Shown here one piece after another: positions 50,175 to 59,139 of a DNA stretch of 64,000 nucleotides (its first letter is position 1; every line of letters starts with the position of its first letter). The position numbers and the translations under genes are program-made. Under the pieces are notes generated by a model, which made no database searches, was not told where the DNA came from, and was given only the letters and a program-made list of their open reading frames with translations. The stretch comes from Chitinophagaceae bacterium (GTDB lineage: Bacteria; Bacteroidota; Bacteroidia; Chitinophagales; Chitinophagaceae), in assembly GCA_049840855.1 (NCBI GenBank), contig JASGJF010000034.1, positions 3,520 through 67,519 of the forward strand. Direction: 5' to 3'.

Positions 50175-50675
50175 TCAGACGAGTATTCCGTAATTGATGC
50201 GGGTAAGCTCGCTGATCACCAGTTCCTTGCCATAAGAGTCTTTCAGTAATTCTATGGGTTTAAGACGGCCCAGGGCGTAGTTTGGTGTATTAAGCCAAAG
50301 GCGTAGTTTTTCCATATTTCCGAATACATCAAGGCCGACTTTCGTCACCTCTGCCATTTCAATGATCTTTTCAGAGTGAATAGGTTTGAAATGATGCTCA
50401 AAACTGGTTCTGTAGCGCTGCAACGATTTAGTGGAAATATCCAGAAAGTTTGCCCAGTCGCTTTCGGTAAACGGCGTATAGTCCTGGATCAGGTCGAAGA
50501 GGGAGTAGGGAATGCCGTTCCGGATCGCACCGATGATCAGCATTTTATTTTCCAGAAAATCGGCATAGCTCACAGGTTTACCCGCTTCTACCGGGTACCC
50601 GGTAAAGTCTCCTGATTTAAAGAAGCTTGCAATTTCTTTATTCAGCCTCAACTCAATTTTTGATACTGCTCCCAT
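50175..50675 (-). CDS. Xre/MbcA/ParS antitoxin
   Basis: IRNGIPY, HTH LDISTKSLQRY, SEKI, VFG...WLNTPNYALG..KPIELL...G.ELV..EL.RI.YG. Confidence 0.93.
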   Translation of the reverse strand: MGAVSKIELRLNKEIASFFKSGDFTGYPVEAGKPVSYADFLENKMLIIGAIRNGIPYSLFDLIQDYTPFTESDWANFLDISTKSLQRYRTSFEHHFKPIHSEKIIEMAEVTKVGLDVFGNMEKLRLWLNTPNYALGRLKPIELLKDSYGKELVISELTRINYGILV

Positions 50676-50682
50676 AGCTCTC

Positions 50683-50716
50683 AAGACATTTGTCCACAAA
50701 TATAAGACATTTATCT
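50683..50716 (-). promoter_or_regulatory. TA promoter (-7 TATATTTG, 50697-50704) flanked by two AAGACATTT operator-like repeats
   Basis: aagacatttgtc at 50683 (palindromic GACA-TT-TGTC) and aagacatttatct at 50704, 21 bp apart. Confidence 0.65.
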
Positions 50717-50748
50717 TTGCCAATAAATTTTTCGCCTGATAAGATCAC

Positions 50749-50787
50749 ATCAAAAAGCCCCTTCCGGTCAGGAAGGGGCTTTTTGAT
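50749..50787 (-). terminator. Intrinsic terminator of the small lipoprotein gene
   Basis: 17-bp stem atcaaaaagccccttcc/ggaaggggctttttgat. Confidence 0.85.
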
Positions 50788-50810
50788 TTTTTTGGGTGGA
50801 CGAGAATAAC

Positions 50811-51014
50811 TTACAACTTGATTTCACACTCTGTAATTCCCTGAACATCACCCTTGTCGCATTCGGAGCGGGCATCAGACAGAGATTGTTTCGGAAGGTC
50901 ACGCGTAACACCGGCAGTTCCGTTTACGGGTTTACATTCGCAGGTATAAGATTTGCGGCAAGAAGTTGCGGCCATTGCGGTCAGGGCGAATACGCCAATC
51001 ATTAGCTTTTTCAT
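50811..51014 (-). CDS. Small Cys-rich lipoprotein
   Basis: MKKLMIGVFALTAMAATSC-RKSYTCEC...C...C; own terminator. Confidence 0.85.
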   Translation of the reverse strand: MKKLMIGVFALTAMAATSCRKSYTCECKPVNGTAGVTRDLPKQSLSDARSECDKGDVQGITECEIKL

Positions 51015-51188
51015 AATCGTTTTTGTTTATTGTTTCCACAAAAATATCCACCGCTGTGTGCGGGTAGGTTCAAACTAACCGAACGCTTTGTTAAGGCTAT
51101 CCTGTGAAAATGTGAATACGCTGAAACGGCCCCGGAATAATTTCCTCAGATGAAAGATTCGTACGATAATTGTAAATCGAAATCCTAT

Positions 51189-52127
51189 ATGAAATATATA
51201 CATCAACTAAACTGCCTGATAGTGCTGAGTATTGCTGCGTACGGCTGCGGTAATGCCAATAAGCAACCTGTTCCTGTGCCTGCTGCGGGTACTGAAAAGC
51301 AAACAGAAACTGTTTCCGGAAAAGCGGCAAAATCTGAAGAACCGGCTCTTCCCGAAATACACTACCACTTTGAATATAAAAAGGTATGGTCGGCCGGAGA
51401 TTCGTTCAGCGGAAATGCGCATAAAGACATCTTATGTTACCTCAATCGTGTGGACGAAAAGCACCTGAAGCGATTGGACAGCTTTATTGTTCCGGATCTT
51501 TACGACCGCAAGCCTGAAGATTATATGCCATTCCCGGCGTATTCCGAAAGTTTGAAAGATATACGGAAGGTGATTATTTTTTCTTATCCCACGCAGGCAT
51601 TTGCTGCGTACGAGCAAGGTAAAAGAATCATAAGCGGACCTACGAATATGGGCAAAAAAGCTTCCAGGACTCCTACAGGCCTGTTCTTTTGCAACTGGAA
51701 GTCTAAAGAAACCAAAAGTACGGTGAATGAAGAATGGATTCTGAAGTGGAACTTCAATGTAAGCAATATGGGAGGTGTCGGATTTCATCAGTACGATCTG
51801 CCGGGTTATCCTGCTTCACACAGTTGTATGCGCCTGCTGGAAGAACAGGCACGTTTTCTTTACGGATGGGCCGATCAGTGGAAATTGTCCGCTTCCGATC
51901 AGTTGCTGGAAAAAGGAACACCGGTCATTATATACGGAGCTTATCCGTTCGGACAGCCGCGGCCTTGGTTTGCACTCACCGGTAATGCACATGCATTGGA
52001 TATCAGCGAAGAACAACTAAGTGAACTGGTAAAACCACACCTCCCGGAAATAATGGCCGCGCAACAGGCAAGAAGCGCATCGGAAGCTAATGCCAGTTCT
52101 GTCACAAACACCCAAACAGTGCTGTAA
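51189..52127 (+). CDS. L,D-transpeptidase (YkuD) lipoprotein
   Basis: AYGC lipobox; TPTG, GFHQYDLPGYPASHSCMRL catalytic motif. Confidence 0.92.
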   Translation: MKYIHQLNCLIVLSIAAYGCGNANKQPVPVPAAGTEKQTETVSGKAAKSEEPALPEIHYHFEYKKVWSAGDSFSGNAHKDILCYLNRVDEKHLKRLDSFIVPDLYDRKPEDYMPFPAYSESLKDIRKVIIFSYPTQAFAAYEQGKRIISGPTNMGKKASRTPTGLFFCNWKSKETKSTVNEEWILKWNFNVSNMGGVGFHQYDLPGYPASHSCMRLLEEQARFLYGWADQWKLSASDQLLEKGTPVIIYGAYPFGQPRPWFALTGNAHALDISEEQLSELVKPHLPEIMAAQQARSASEANASSVTNTQTVL

Positions 52128-52255
52128 ATTGTGTATTTTTGCACGAATCAGGAGGTTAAACGCTTGTTTTACGGAAAGGAACAAAAAAATACAAAAAATA
52201 TTTTTGTTGTTTCAGTAAAAAGCCTCACCTTTGCAGTCCTTAAAAAAACAGAATT

Positions 52256-52492
52256 ATGGCAAGAGTTTGTCAAGTAACGGGTAAAAAACCAATGGTAGGC
52301 CACAAAGTATCTTTTTCTAACAAAAAAGCTTTGCGTCGCTTCCTGCCTAATCTTCAGGTAAAACGTATGTACCTTGCAGAAGAAGACAAGTGGATCACTT
52401 TGAAACTTTCTACTGAAGCACTGCGTACTATCAATAAAAACGGTCTGATGGCAACCGTAAAACAACTGCGTGCAGAAGGCCATAAAATCTAA
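52256..52492 (+). CDS. rpmB: 50S ribosomal protein L28
   Basis: [11 protein letters not shown]...RRFLPNLQ...LRTINKNG. Confidence 0.98.
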   Translation: MARVCQVTGKKPMVGHKVSFSNKKALRRFLPNLQVKRMYLAEEDKWITLKLSTEALRTINKNGLMATVKQLRAEGHKI

Positions 52493-52525
52493 CTATTACA
52501 TTAAGTTTCAAAACATTTCATAACA

Positions 52526-52708
52526 ATGGCAAAGAAAGGCAACCGCGTACAGGTAATTTTGGAATGCACTGAGCATAAAAACAGCGGCTTAGCGGGAACC
52601 AGCCGTTATATTACCAGCAAAAATAAAAAGAACACTCCGGAGCGCATCGAGTTGAAAAAATACAACCCGCTGATGAAACGTGTGACCGTTCATAAAGAAA
52701 TCAAGTAA
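52526..52708 (+). CDS. rpmG: 50S ribosomal protein L33
   Basis: [11 protein letters not shown]...[17 protein letters not shown]...HKEIK. Confidence 0.98.
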   Translation: MAKKGNRVQVILECTEHKNSGLAGTSRYITSKNKKNTPERIELKKYNPLMKRVTVHKEIK

Positions 52709-52737
52709 TTAACACCACTTTTTAAAATATTTAAGTC

Positions 52738-52908
52738 ATGGCAAAAGCAGCTAAAACCGCGATTAAAAAAGACCCAAAGCTGGCAGCTGAAGCTAAGAAT
52801 TACACTAAAGTAATCAAAGCTGTTCGTAGCCCGAAGACTGGTGCTTACACTTTTAAAGAGAATATCATTCACAAGGATAAAGTGAAAGATTTTCTCGCGA
52901 GCAACTAA
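52738..52908 (+). CDS. DUF4295 family small basic protein (absent from the ORF track)
   Basis: MAKAAKTAIKK...TKVIKAVRSPKTGAYTFKE...VKDFL; the usual position after rpmG in Bacteroidota. Confidence 0.9.
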   Translation: MAKAAKTAIKKDPKLAAEAKNYTKVIKAVRSPKTGAYTFKENIIHKDKVKDFLASN

Positions 52909-52935
52909 TTCTTTTTGAAGTTTTTTTAAGAGAGA

Positions 52936-52963
52936 CCGGTCTTCCTGTAAGGCCGGCTTTTTT
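52936..52963 (+). terminator. Intrinsic terminator after rpmB-rpmG-DUF4295
   Basis: ccggtctt/aaggccgg stem plus T-run. Confidence 0.75.
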
Positions 52964-52968
52964 ATTTT

Positions 52969-53592
52969 ATGATCCGCAGTTTTATTATATCCGGCGTACT
53001 GCTGCTTTTCATCAGTTTGTGCTCCTGCGGACGGATGCAAACACCGCAGGCCGCAGAGAAATCAATTGCAGACAGTGTACTGCGGCAATTGCGTACCGGA
53101 GACATCGTGCTGCGTGCCGGAAAAGATGAGATCAGTCATTTTTTTACCCGGCTTAATCAGCACGATCATCGTTTTTCCCATTGCGGTATTGTTGTCGTGT
53201 CGGATTCCGGCATACAGGTCGCTCATATTACCGCAGGTGGCAAAAGTAACAGCGGCGACTTGCATTACGAGTTGTTATCTTCTTTCGTTGCAGCAGCGCA
53301 TAATACGGAATGGACCGTGTTCCGGCCTCCGCTTGCAGAATCACAGAGAGCTGCGGTTCCAAGGATATTAAGCCGGCTCTCTGCGGCTCATATTCGTTTC
53401 GATAAACGTTTTGACCTCGCTTCAGACAACGAACTGTACTGTTCTGAAATGGTCTGCAAAGTACTGAGGTCGGCCGGAGTAGGGGATTCCGTGTTTCATA
53501 TCTCCATTGCCGGCAATGGAAAGCCTTATATCGGTACCGATGACCTCTATCTGAATAATCGCTGTACAACCATTTGCCAGATTATTTATTAG
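52969..53592 (+). CDS. YiiX/YebB-like permuted NlpC/P60 hydrolase lipoprotein
   Basis: LRTGDIVLR, FSHCGI, FDL...LYCSEMV. Confidence 0.88.
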   Translation: MIRSFIISGVLLLFISLCSCGRMQTPQAAEKSIADSVLRQLRTGDIVLRAGKDEISHFFTRLNQHDHRFSHCGIVVVSDSGIQVAHITAGGKSNSGDLHYELLSSFVAAAHNTEWTVFRPPLAESQRAAVPRILSRLSAAHIRFDKRFDLASDNELYCSEMVCKVLRSAGVGDSVFHISIAGNGKPYIGTDDLYLNNRCTTICQIIY

Positions 53593-53626
53593 TAGTAGCT
53601 TCGCAACTTCCAACATGCGCATAACT

Positions 53627-54112
53627 ATGAAATATTTCAGCCTTTCTTTTCTGCTGGTACTATTGCTGAGCTTCAGCTCCTGCAGTAATAATGATCCCAA
53701 ATATGTAGCCGAAAAGTTCCTCACCAGTGTCGCAAGAGCAGATCTGGATGAAGCGAAAAAGTATTGCGATTCCACAACGATAGAACTGCTGGATCAGGCA
53801 GACTATCTGAATATGGTTCCGGATTCCGTAAAGGCAGAAGGACGTAAGCTGAAGGTGAATATAGTAGACGTGAAAACAAATGGAGATAAAGCCGTCGTTA
53901 CTTATACCACTTCGAAACTGGCCGAAAACCAGCTCATCACTCTGGTGAAGCAGAATGGTAAATGGCTGGTACAACTGGATAAGGCGCAGCAATACGAAGA
54001 GGATGATCAACCCATCATGACCGAAGCGCTGGACAATATTCCCGACAGTACAACGCTGGCGAAGCCTTCCGACTCCACCACAGCAGATACGGCGGCAAAG
54101 CCGGCTCCATAA
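53627..54112 (+). CDS. DUF4878-like lipoprotein
   Basis: FSSC lipobox, PKYVAEKFL, GDKAVVTY...LVKQNGKWLV. Confidence 0.8.
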   Translation: MKYFSLSFLLVLLLSFSSCSNNDPKYVAEKFLTSVARADLDEAKKYCDSTTIELLDQADYLNMVPDSVKAEGRKLKVNIVDVKTNGDKAVVTYTTSKLAENQLITLVKQNGKWLVQLDKAQQYEEDDQPIMTEALDNIPDSTTLAKPSDSTTADTAAKPAP

Positions 54113-54115
54113 GCT

Positions 54116-55261
54116 TTATCTGCTGCGACTCAACTGATCGATTTCATTTTTAGAACTTGTATAGTTGAACTCCGATTTGAGTGATGCCGTATTTTGCGGA
54201 TCACTGATCCTGGTATACGCCCATTTCACCAGCTCCAGGCGCGTGCCTTCAAACAACAGGAAGTGCAGCATTTTGCTAAGCTGCGCAACAGTAAATGTGG
54301 TGCGGGCCAAGCCCGATTGCAGCAATTTTATTTTTTCACTGTCCGACACTTTCTGGTCGCATGCCTGCTGCAATGCAGCAAGTCGCTGTTCCGTGAGCGG
54401 ACTCAGTTTTTCGTTGGATGCAGCTCCCGTAGAAGGATCAGCTTCGGCGGTATCAGGCCCCTGCTCTTTGATACGCAGCATTTCCTGCTCCAGTGTTCGC
54501 CTGGAGCTCTGGAATGAGAGCTTATTGCTCACCAAAATGTAATTATCCGGATCGCTTACGCGCGGGTAGCAGTAAGTGGCGATTTCCAGCTTATTGGATT
54601 CAAAATTAAGCCAGTTCATGATAGTGATTACCTGTTCGGTCATCAGCGTTTTATCGCTCAGAAACAGCTTTATAGTCCGTACTTTATCTGTAGTGCTTAT
54701 TTTGTCTTCCACAGATGTCCGCAGCATTTCCATCTGAGCGGCTGTTATACGGTTGCGTTCGTTGTAATACGAAACCTGGCTGCTCTGGTCATTACGCCCT
54801 TTATCATATTCCCAGCTTTCGTCGTTACGGCCGTCCGAAAAATCGGGTCTGTTATCGATCGGGAAAGCTTTGTTGCGCTCATCTACCGAACTCATGCGCG
54901 ATTCCCGAACTTTCAGTGTTCCGTTTGACGGATCGATCATGCAATAATAAGTCTTGCCCCCGTCTATCTGCATGCGGCCTTTGAATATAAGTACCGCCCT
55001 GTCGCGCCCTCCGCGACCGCTTCTTCCGGAATGATCGGTGGCTGGGTAATAGTAATAAGCTTTTAATTCGTGCATTCCTTTAGGAATATTGCCGACTGTG
55101 AGGATATTACCGTATTTACGGAAATGCCTTCCGTCGAGCACCAGCGTCAGCGGCTGACCGTCTCTCAGCTGTACCTGAAGTGTGCCCTGATAGCTCTGAG
55201 CAGCTACAGGAGCGGTAAATACGGTATTGAGTAATGTAACCAGTGAAAGTATGCGTTTCAT
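54116..55261 (-). CDS. DUF4476 domain protein (two C-terminal copies)
   Basis: Signal peptide; FESNKLEIATYCYPRVSDPDNY and FEGTRLELVKWAYTRISDPQN repeats. Confidence 0.82.
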   Translation of the reverse strand: MKRILSLVTLLNTVFTAPVAAQSYQGTLQVQLRDGQPLTLVLDGRHFRKYGNILTVGNIPKGMHELKAYYYYPATDHSGRSGRGGRDRAVLIFKGRMQIDGGKTYYCMIDPSNGTLKVRESRMSSVDERNKAFPIDNRPDFSDGRNDESWEYDKGRNDQSSQVSYYNERNRITAAQMEMLRTSVEDKISTTDKVRTIKLFLSDKTLMTEQVITIMNWLNFESNKLEIATYCYPRVSDPDNYILVSNKLSFQSSRRTLEQEMLRIKEQGPDTAEADPSTGAASNEKLSPLTEQRLAALQQACDQKVSDSEKIKLLQSGLARTTFTVAQLSKMLHFLLFEGTRLELVKWAYTRISDPQNTASLKSEFNYTSSKNEIDQLSRSR

Positions 55262-55309
55262 ATCTGTGATCAGTCTTGCGTATAATAAAAATCAGAAAAA
55301 TAATATTTG

Positions 55310-56050
55310 CTATCCGAAAAAGTGGGCGCACAGTATTCCTGTAGATATAGCTGCGTTTAACGATTCGGCACCACCTTTTTTCGGAATGGTTGTTGCCAGG
55401 GCGCCGGGCGGCAATGTTTCCGGTCTTATTCCCTGGCCTTCGTTGCCGATTACGAGTATGCCTTCGGCCTGTGGGGTAAGCGAACGGTAATCGGTTCCGC
55501 CGAGCAGCGCTGCCCATATGGTTTTCCCTGAGTGCAGCAGTGTGCCTGCAAGGTCGCAATAGATGGCTTTCACCCTCAGATGGGCTCCCATTGCAGACTG
55601 CACTACCTTCGGATTGTATATGTCCACACAATCCTGCGAACAGAGAATGTAGGGAATACCATACCAGTCGGCAATGCGGAGAATGGTGCCCATATTTCCG
55701 GGATCGCGTATGCCGTCCAGTGCAATACCTGATCCGGCAGGGATTGCAGAAGAGCTATTGGGCGCGGGAAGCTTTACCACTAATAGTACTTTATTAGGAG
55801 ACTGCAGTGTGGAGATCGTTTTTAATTCCTCTTCAGTAACCGGGGTAACACGCGCATCCGGATGACGTGCAATCAGCGCTTCATGCTGCGAGATCCAGGA
55901 TGGAAGTGCCGCGATTTGTTCTACTTTTTGCTCAGAAAGCAGCCATTCACCTGCAATTTTCTCGCCTTCCGCTATAAAACAACCGGTTTCTTCACGAAAT
56001 TTTTGAATGGCTAATGAACGAATGTATTTACTTTGCGTTTTTGAGAGCAT
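55310..56050 (-). CDS. TrmH/SpoU family RNA methyltransferase
   Basis: FIAEG, DPGNMGTILR, YNPKVVQSAMG, GNEGQG, ESLNAA. Confidence 0.94.
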   Translation of the reverse strand: MLSKTQSKYIRSLAIQKFREETGCFIAEGEKIAGEWLLSEQKVEQIAALPSWISQHEALIARHPDARVTPVTEEELKTISTLQSPNKVLLVVKLPAPNSSSAIPAGSGIALDGIRDPGNMGTILRIADWYGIPYILCSQDCVDIYNPKVVQSAMGAHLRVKAIYCDLAGTLLHSGKTIWAALLGGTDYRSLTPQAEGILVIGNEGQGIRPETLPPGALATTIPKKGGAESLNAAISTGILCAHFFG

Positions 56051-56086
56051 GCTGCAAAGCTAATAGTTTGCGGACATTAAACATTG

Positions 56087-58495
56087 ATGACAACGAAGCA
56101 ACTGAATTTTTCACCAACACTCCGGGTCCATTTTATATGGATGCTTTGTCTGTTGCTCGCTTCGTGCAGCTCCACCAAACGACTCAAAGAGGGGGAGTAT
56201 CTCCTGCGCTCGAATACACTGCGTGTCCGCTCAGACAAAACGATCACCAATAAAGGTCTGCTGCAGGACCAATTGAATCTGCTCGTAATCCAGAAGACAA
56301 ATACTTACTGGAGCGGCGTATTCCCGTTCAAGCTCTGGCGCTACAATATCCGTTACCGTAAATTTGTCAATACCCAGCCGGGTGATCTTCCCAAATCCAT
56401 TGAAAAGCCGGTAGTATACGACAGTACGTTGCAGATCCGCACCGTTGCGAATATGAAGAATTTCCTGTTCAATCAGGGGTATTTCAATGCATCCATCCGC
56501 GACACCGTTAAGTTCAAAGGGAAAAAAGCTTACGCGTACTATTACATCAATACCGGTATCAGTTACCTTGTAAACAACGTTTATGTGGAGGCCGACGATT
56601 CGACCGTTGCTGCGATTGTGCGAAGCAGCCTGTCCCAGACAAAATTTCAACGCGAGAAAGAATACAATAAACTATTGGCTGATGAGGAAAGAGCCCGCAT
56701 CATCACAGAACTGCAAAACCGTGGCTACTACCGCTTTTCGCAGGACAATGTAAGCTTCGAGCTGGACACCGTGAATAAAGAGCGTCTGCGCGATGCGGAA
56801 AATCTTTTTGAAAGTGCGATCAACTTCCTTACGCTGCAGAAGCGTCAGAAGAAATTGTCGCTGGACGTAAAGATCATTGTCCATAACAATGGAGATTCGC
56901 TTTCCTATGCGCAATATGAGATGGGAAAGGTGATCGTATTTCCGGATTTCATCGATCGTTCCACCGCCTTCGATTCTAATCTGATCCGTGTGACGCTGGA
57001 CGACATTTCTTACCGCTACCGTAGTTATTACGTCCGGGAAGGGGTGTTGGGGCGTCAGATATTTTTTCGTCCCGGTGAACGGTATTCCCGGACCAATCAT
57101 CAGCTGACGATCACGAAACTGAATGAACTCGGCATTTTCCAGATGATCAATGTGTACTTTATAGAAGATACCACGGAGCATACGAAACATTTGCTCAACT
57201 GTTATATAACGCTGAGTCCTTCCGATAAAGTTGATGCGTCCGCATCGCTCGAAGTAGCAAACGCTACCACGTACGTATTGGGTAATTCTATCGGACTGGG
57301 GTACCGGAATAAAAATCTTTTTAAAGGAGCCAACCTGCTGAGCCTGAATACCACCGGCGGTATCGAAATGTCGAACAGCAATAATGAAGGGTCGAAATTC
57401 CTCGAGAATGTAAAATTGCAGAGCCGTAATTTCGGTGTGAACGGAACGCTTACTTTCCCCAAATTCCTGTCGCCATACCGCCCGAAATGGCTCGACCGCC
57501 GAAACCTGCCCAAGACGCAGCTGATGCTGGGTGTGAACATGCTGGACCGTATCGACCTGTTCCGCCTTACAAATATATCCTCTGCGTTTTCCTACAACTG
57601 GCATCAGAACAGGATGATCACCTGGGATTTTTCTCCTGCATTTGCCAATATCGTGTTACCCGTTATCCGTCCTGCTTTCCAGGGAAGGCTGGATTCCAAT
57701 GAGGTGCTGCGTAATACTTATCGCCGTACATTCATAGAGGGCGAACAGTTGTATTTTACTTTTACCGACCAGGAGAAAAAACAGAACCGGAACTATTATT
57801 ACCTGAGATTGGGCGTTGAAGAGGCTGGTATACTGATGTCGGGTATCAATAAGTTGCAGAAGACGATCAGTAACGGACCGGATTTTATTTTTGATCAGTA
57901 TGTAAAATTCGATCTGGATGCACGGCATTATGTAAATGTGCGCAGTTCTTTACTTGCAATGCGCTTCCTTGCGGGTATCGGCTCTCCCTATGGCGATTCT
58001 AAGACCCTCCCTTACATCAAGCAGTATTTTGTGGGTGGCGCGTATAGTATACGCGGTTGGAGGCCGAGGACGTTAGGTCCCCTTGCCGGATCGGATACAG
58101 CCGGTACCAGTGTGGACAGGACGGGCGATATCAAGCTGGAAATGAATGCCGAATACCGGTTTGATATGATACAGCTTTTCTCGGGTACACTGAAACTGAA
58201 TGGCGCCATATTTGCCGATGCCGGAAATACCTGGCTTGCACGTAAGTCTTCCACCACTTTGGGCGGAGACTTCGACATCAGCCGGCTGGGTCATGATATT
58301 GCCGTGAGCACCGGAGCCGGACTACGTGTGATTGTGGCTGAGTTCTTTACTGTGCGTCTGGATGCGGCTTTCCCTGTTAAAAACCCTTACGTGGCGGCGA
58401 ACAACGGATGGGTCATCCGTTATGTGGATCTCGGAAACAGTGAATGGCGTCAGAAAAACGTCGTGATCAACCTGGCAATCGGTATGCCTTTCTAA
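56087..58495 (+). CDS. BamA/TamA-family outer-membrane lipoprotein (TamL-like)
   Basis: LASC lipobox, POTRA NQGYF, QYFVGGAYSIRGW, GDIKLEMNAEYRF, NLAIGMPF. Confidence 0.92.
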   Translation: MTTKQLNFSPTLRVHFIWMLCLLLASCSSTKRLKEGEYLLRSNTLRVRSDKTITNKGLLQDQLNLLVIQKTNTYWSGVFPFKLWRYNIRYRKFVNTQPGDLPKSIEKPVVYDSTLQIRTVANMKNFLFNQGYFNASIRDTVKFKGKKAYAYYYINTGISYLVNNVYVEADDSTVAAIVRSSLSQTKFQREKEYNKLLADEERARIITELQNRGYYRFSQDNVSFELDTVNKERLRDAENLFESAINFLTLQKRQKKLSLDVKIIVHNNGDSLSYAQYEMGKVIVFPDFIDRSTAFDSNLIRVTLDDISYRYRSYYVREGVLGRQIFFRPGERYSRTNHQLTITKLNELGIFQMINVYFIEDTTEHTKHLLNCYITLSPSDKVDASASLEVANATTYVLGNSIGLGYRNKNLFKGANLLSLNTTGGIEMSNSNNEGSKFLENVKLQSRNFGVNGTLTFPKFLSPYRPKWLDRRNLPKTQLMLGVNMLDRIDLFRLTNISSAFSYNWHQNRMITWDFSPAFANIVLPVIRPAFQGRLDSNEVLRNTYRRTFIEGEQLYFTFTDQEKKQNRNYYYLRLGVEEAGILMSGINKLQKTISNGPDFIFDQYVKFDLDARHYVNVRSSLLAMRFLAGIGSPYGDSKTLPYIKQYFVGGAYSIRGWRPRTLGPLAGSDTAGTSVDRTGDIKLEMNAEYRFDMIQLFSGTLKLNGAIFADAGNTWLARKSSTTLGGDFDISRLGHDIAVSTGAGLRVIVAEFFTVRLDAAFPVKNPYVAANNGWVIRYVDLGNSEWRQKNVVINLAIGMPF

Positions 58496-58617
58496 TTGCT
58501 TCACCATACGCTACATAAAACAATTCCGCAAGGGGAGGACAGGATTTCATTTGCAGGATTATCGATTTTAGAGAGCAACAGGTAAATTGTATGCCATATT
58601 AATCTGATTTTGCAATA

Positions 58618-59056
58618 TTCCCGGCACTGCTCATCAGGCTCTCAGAAGGCTTAGTGCATTTCCCCGTACTGTTCAACTGGTTTTCAGAAGTTCTGGCGCA
58701 TTTCCCAGAGCTCTTCACGCATCTCTCAGAAAGCTTAGTGCAGTTCCCTGGACTGTTCATCCGTTTCTCGGAGGCTTTAGCGTATTTCTCTGAGCTCTTC
58801 ATACGTCTCTCATAATGCTTAGCGCATTTCCCTAAGCTCTTCATCCTGTTCTCAGAAATTTTAGCGCGTTTCCCGGAGTGGTTTATCCATTTCCCGGAGG
58901 TCTTAGCAGAGTTGGCACAGGCTTTAGCGAAGCCGGCATGAGCGAAGGTAATGTTAGCACAAGGCCTGCAACAGTTGCATTGAGTCTGGCAATGTTAGCA
59001 GGATTTCGGGCAGGCAGGGTAATTACCCAAAACAGTTTAGCGTTGTTATGTAGTCG
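58618..59056. repeat. Degenerate tandem array, 42-bp unit made of two 21-bp subunits (7 clear copies, fainter periodicity beyond)
   Basis: Units begin ttccc/ttctc every 42 nt from 58618 to 58870. g/t-tt-a/g-gc recurs at 58911, 58953, 58994 and 59036. Confidence 0.85.
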
Positions 59057-59077
59057 ACAATCCCTTATTCAAAACAA

Positions 59078-59110
59078 AACAGGCTGTCTCACGATATGAG
59101 ACAGCCTGTT
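59078..59110 (-). terminator. Terminator after the POT transporter
   Basis: 14-bp stem aacaggctgtctca/tgagacagcctgtt, T-run on the minus strand. Confidence 0.85.
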
Positions 59111-59139
59111 CGTTTATAGCTTAACATGCCGTGAAAGTC

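Noticed and set aside
41027-57604. Long antisense ORFs (e.g. 41027..42031, 45236..45919, 56672..57604)
   Set aside because: They are shadows of well-conserved genes on the opposite strand and carry no recognisable motifs.
58618-58911. CRISPR array
   Set aside because: There is no constant repeat alternating with unique spacers; the units are contiguous, degenerate throughout, and no cas genes are present.
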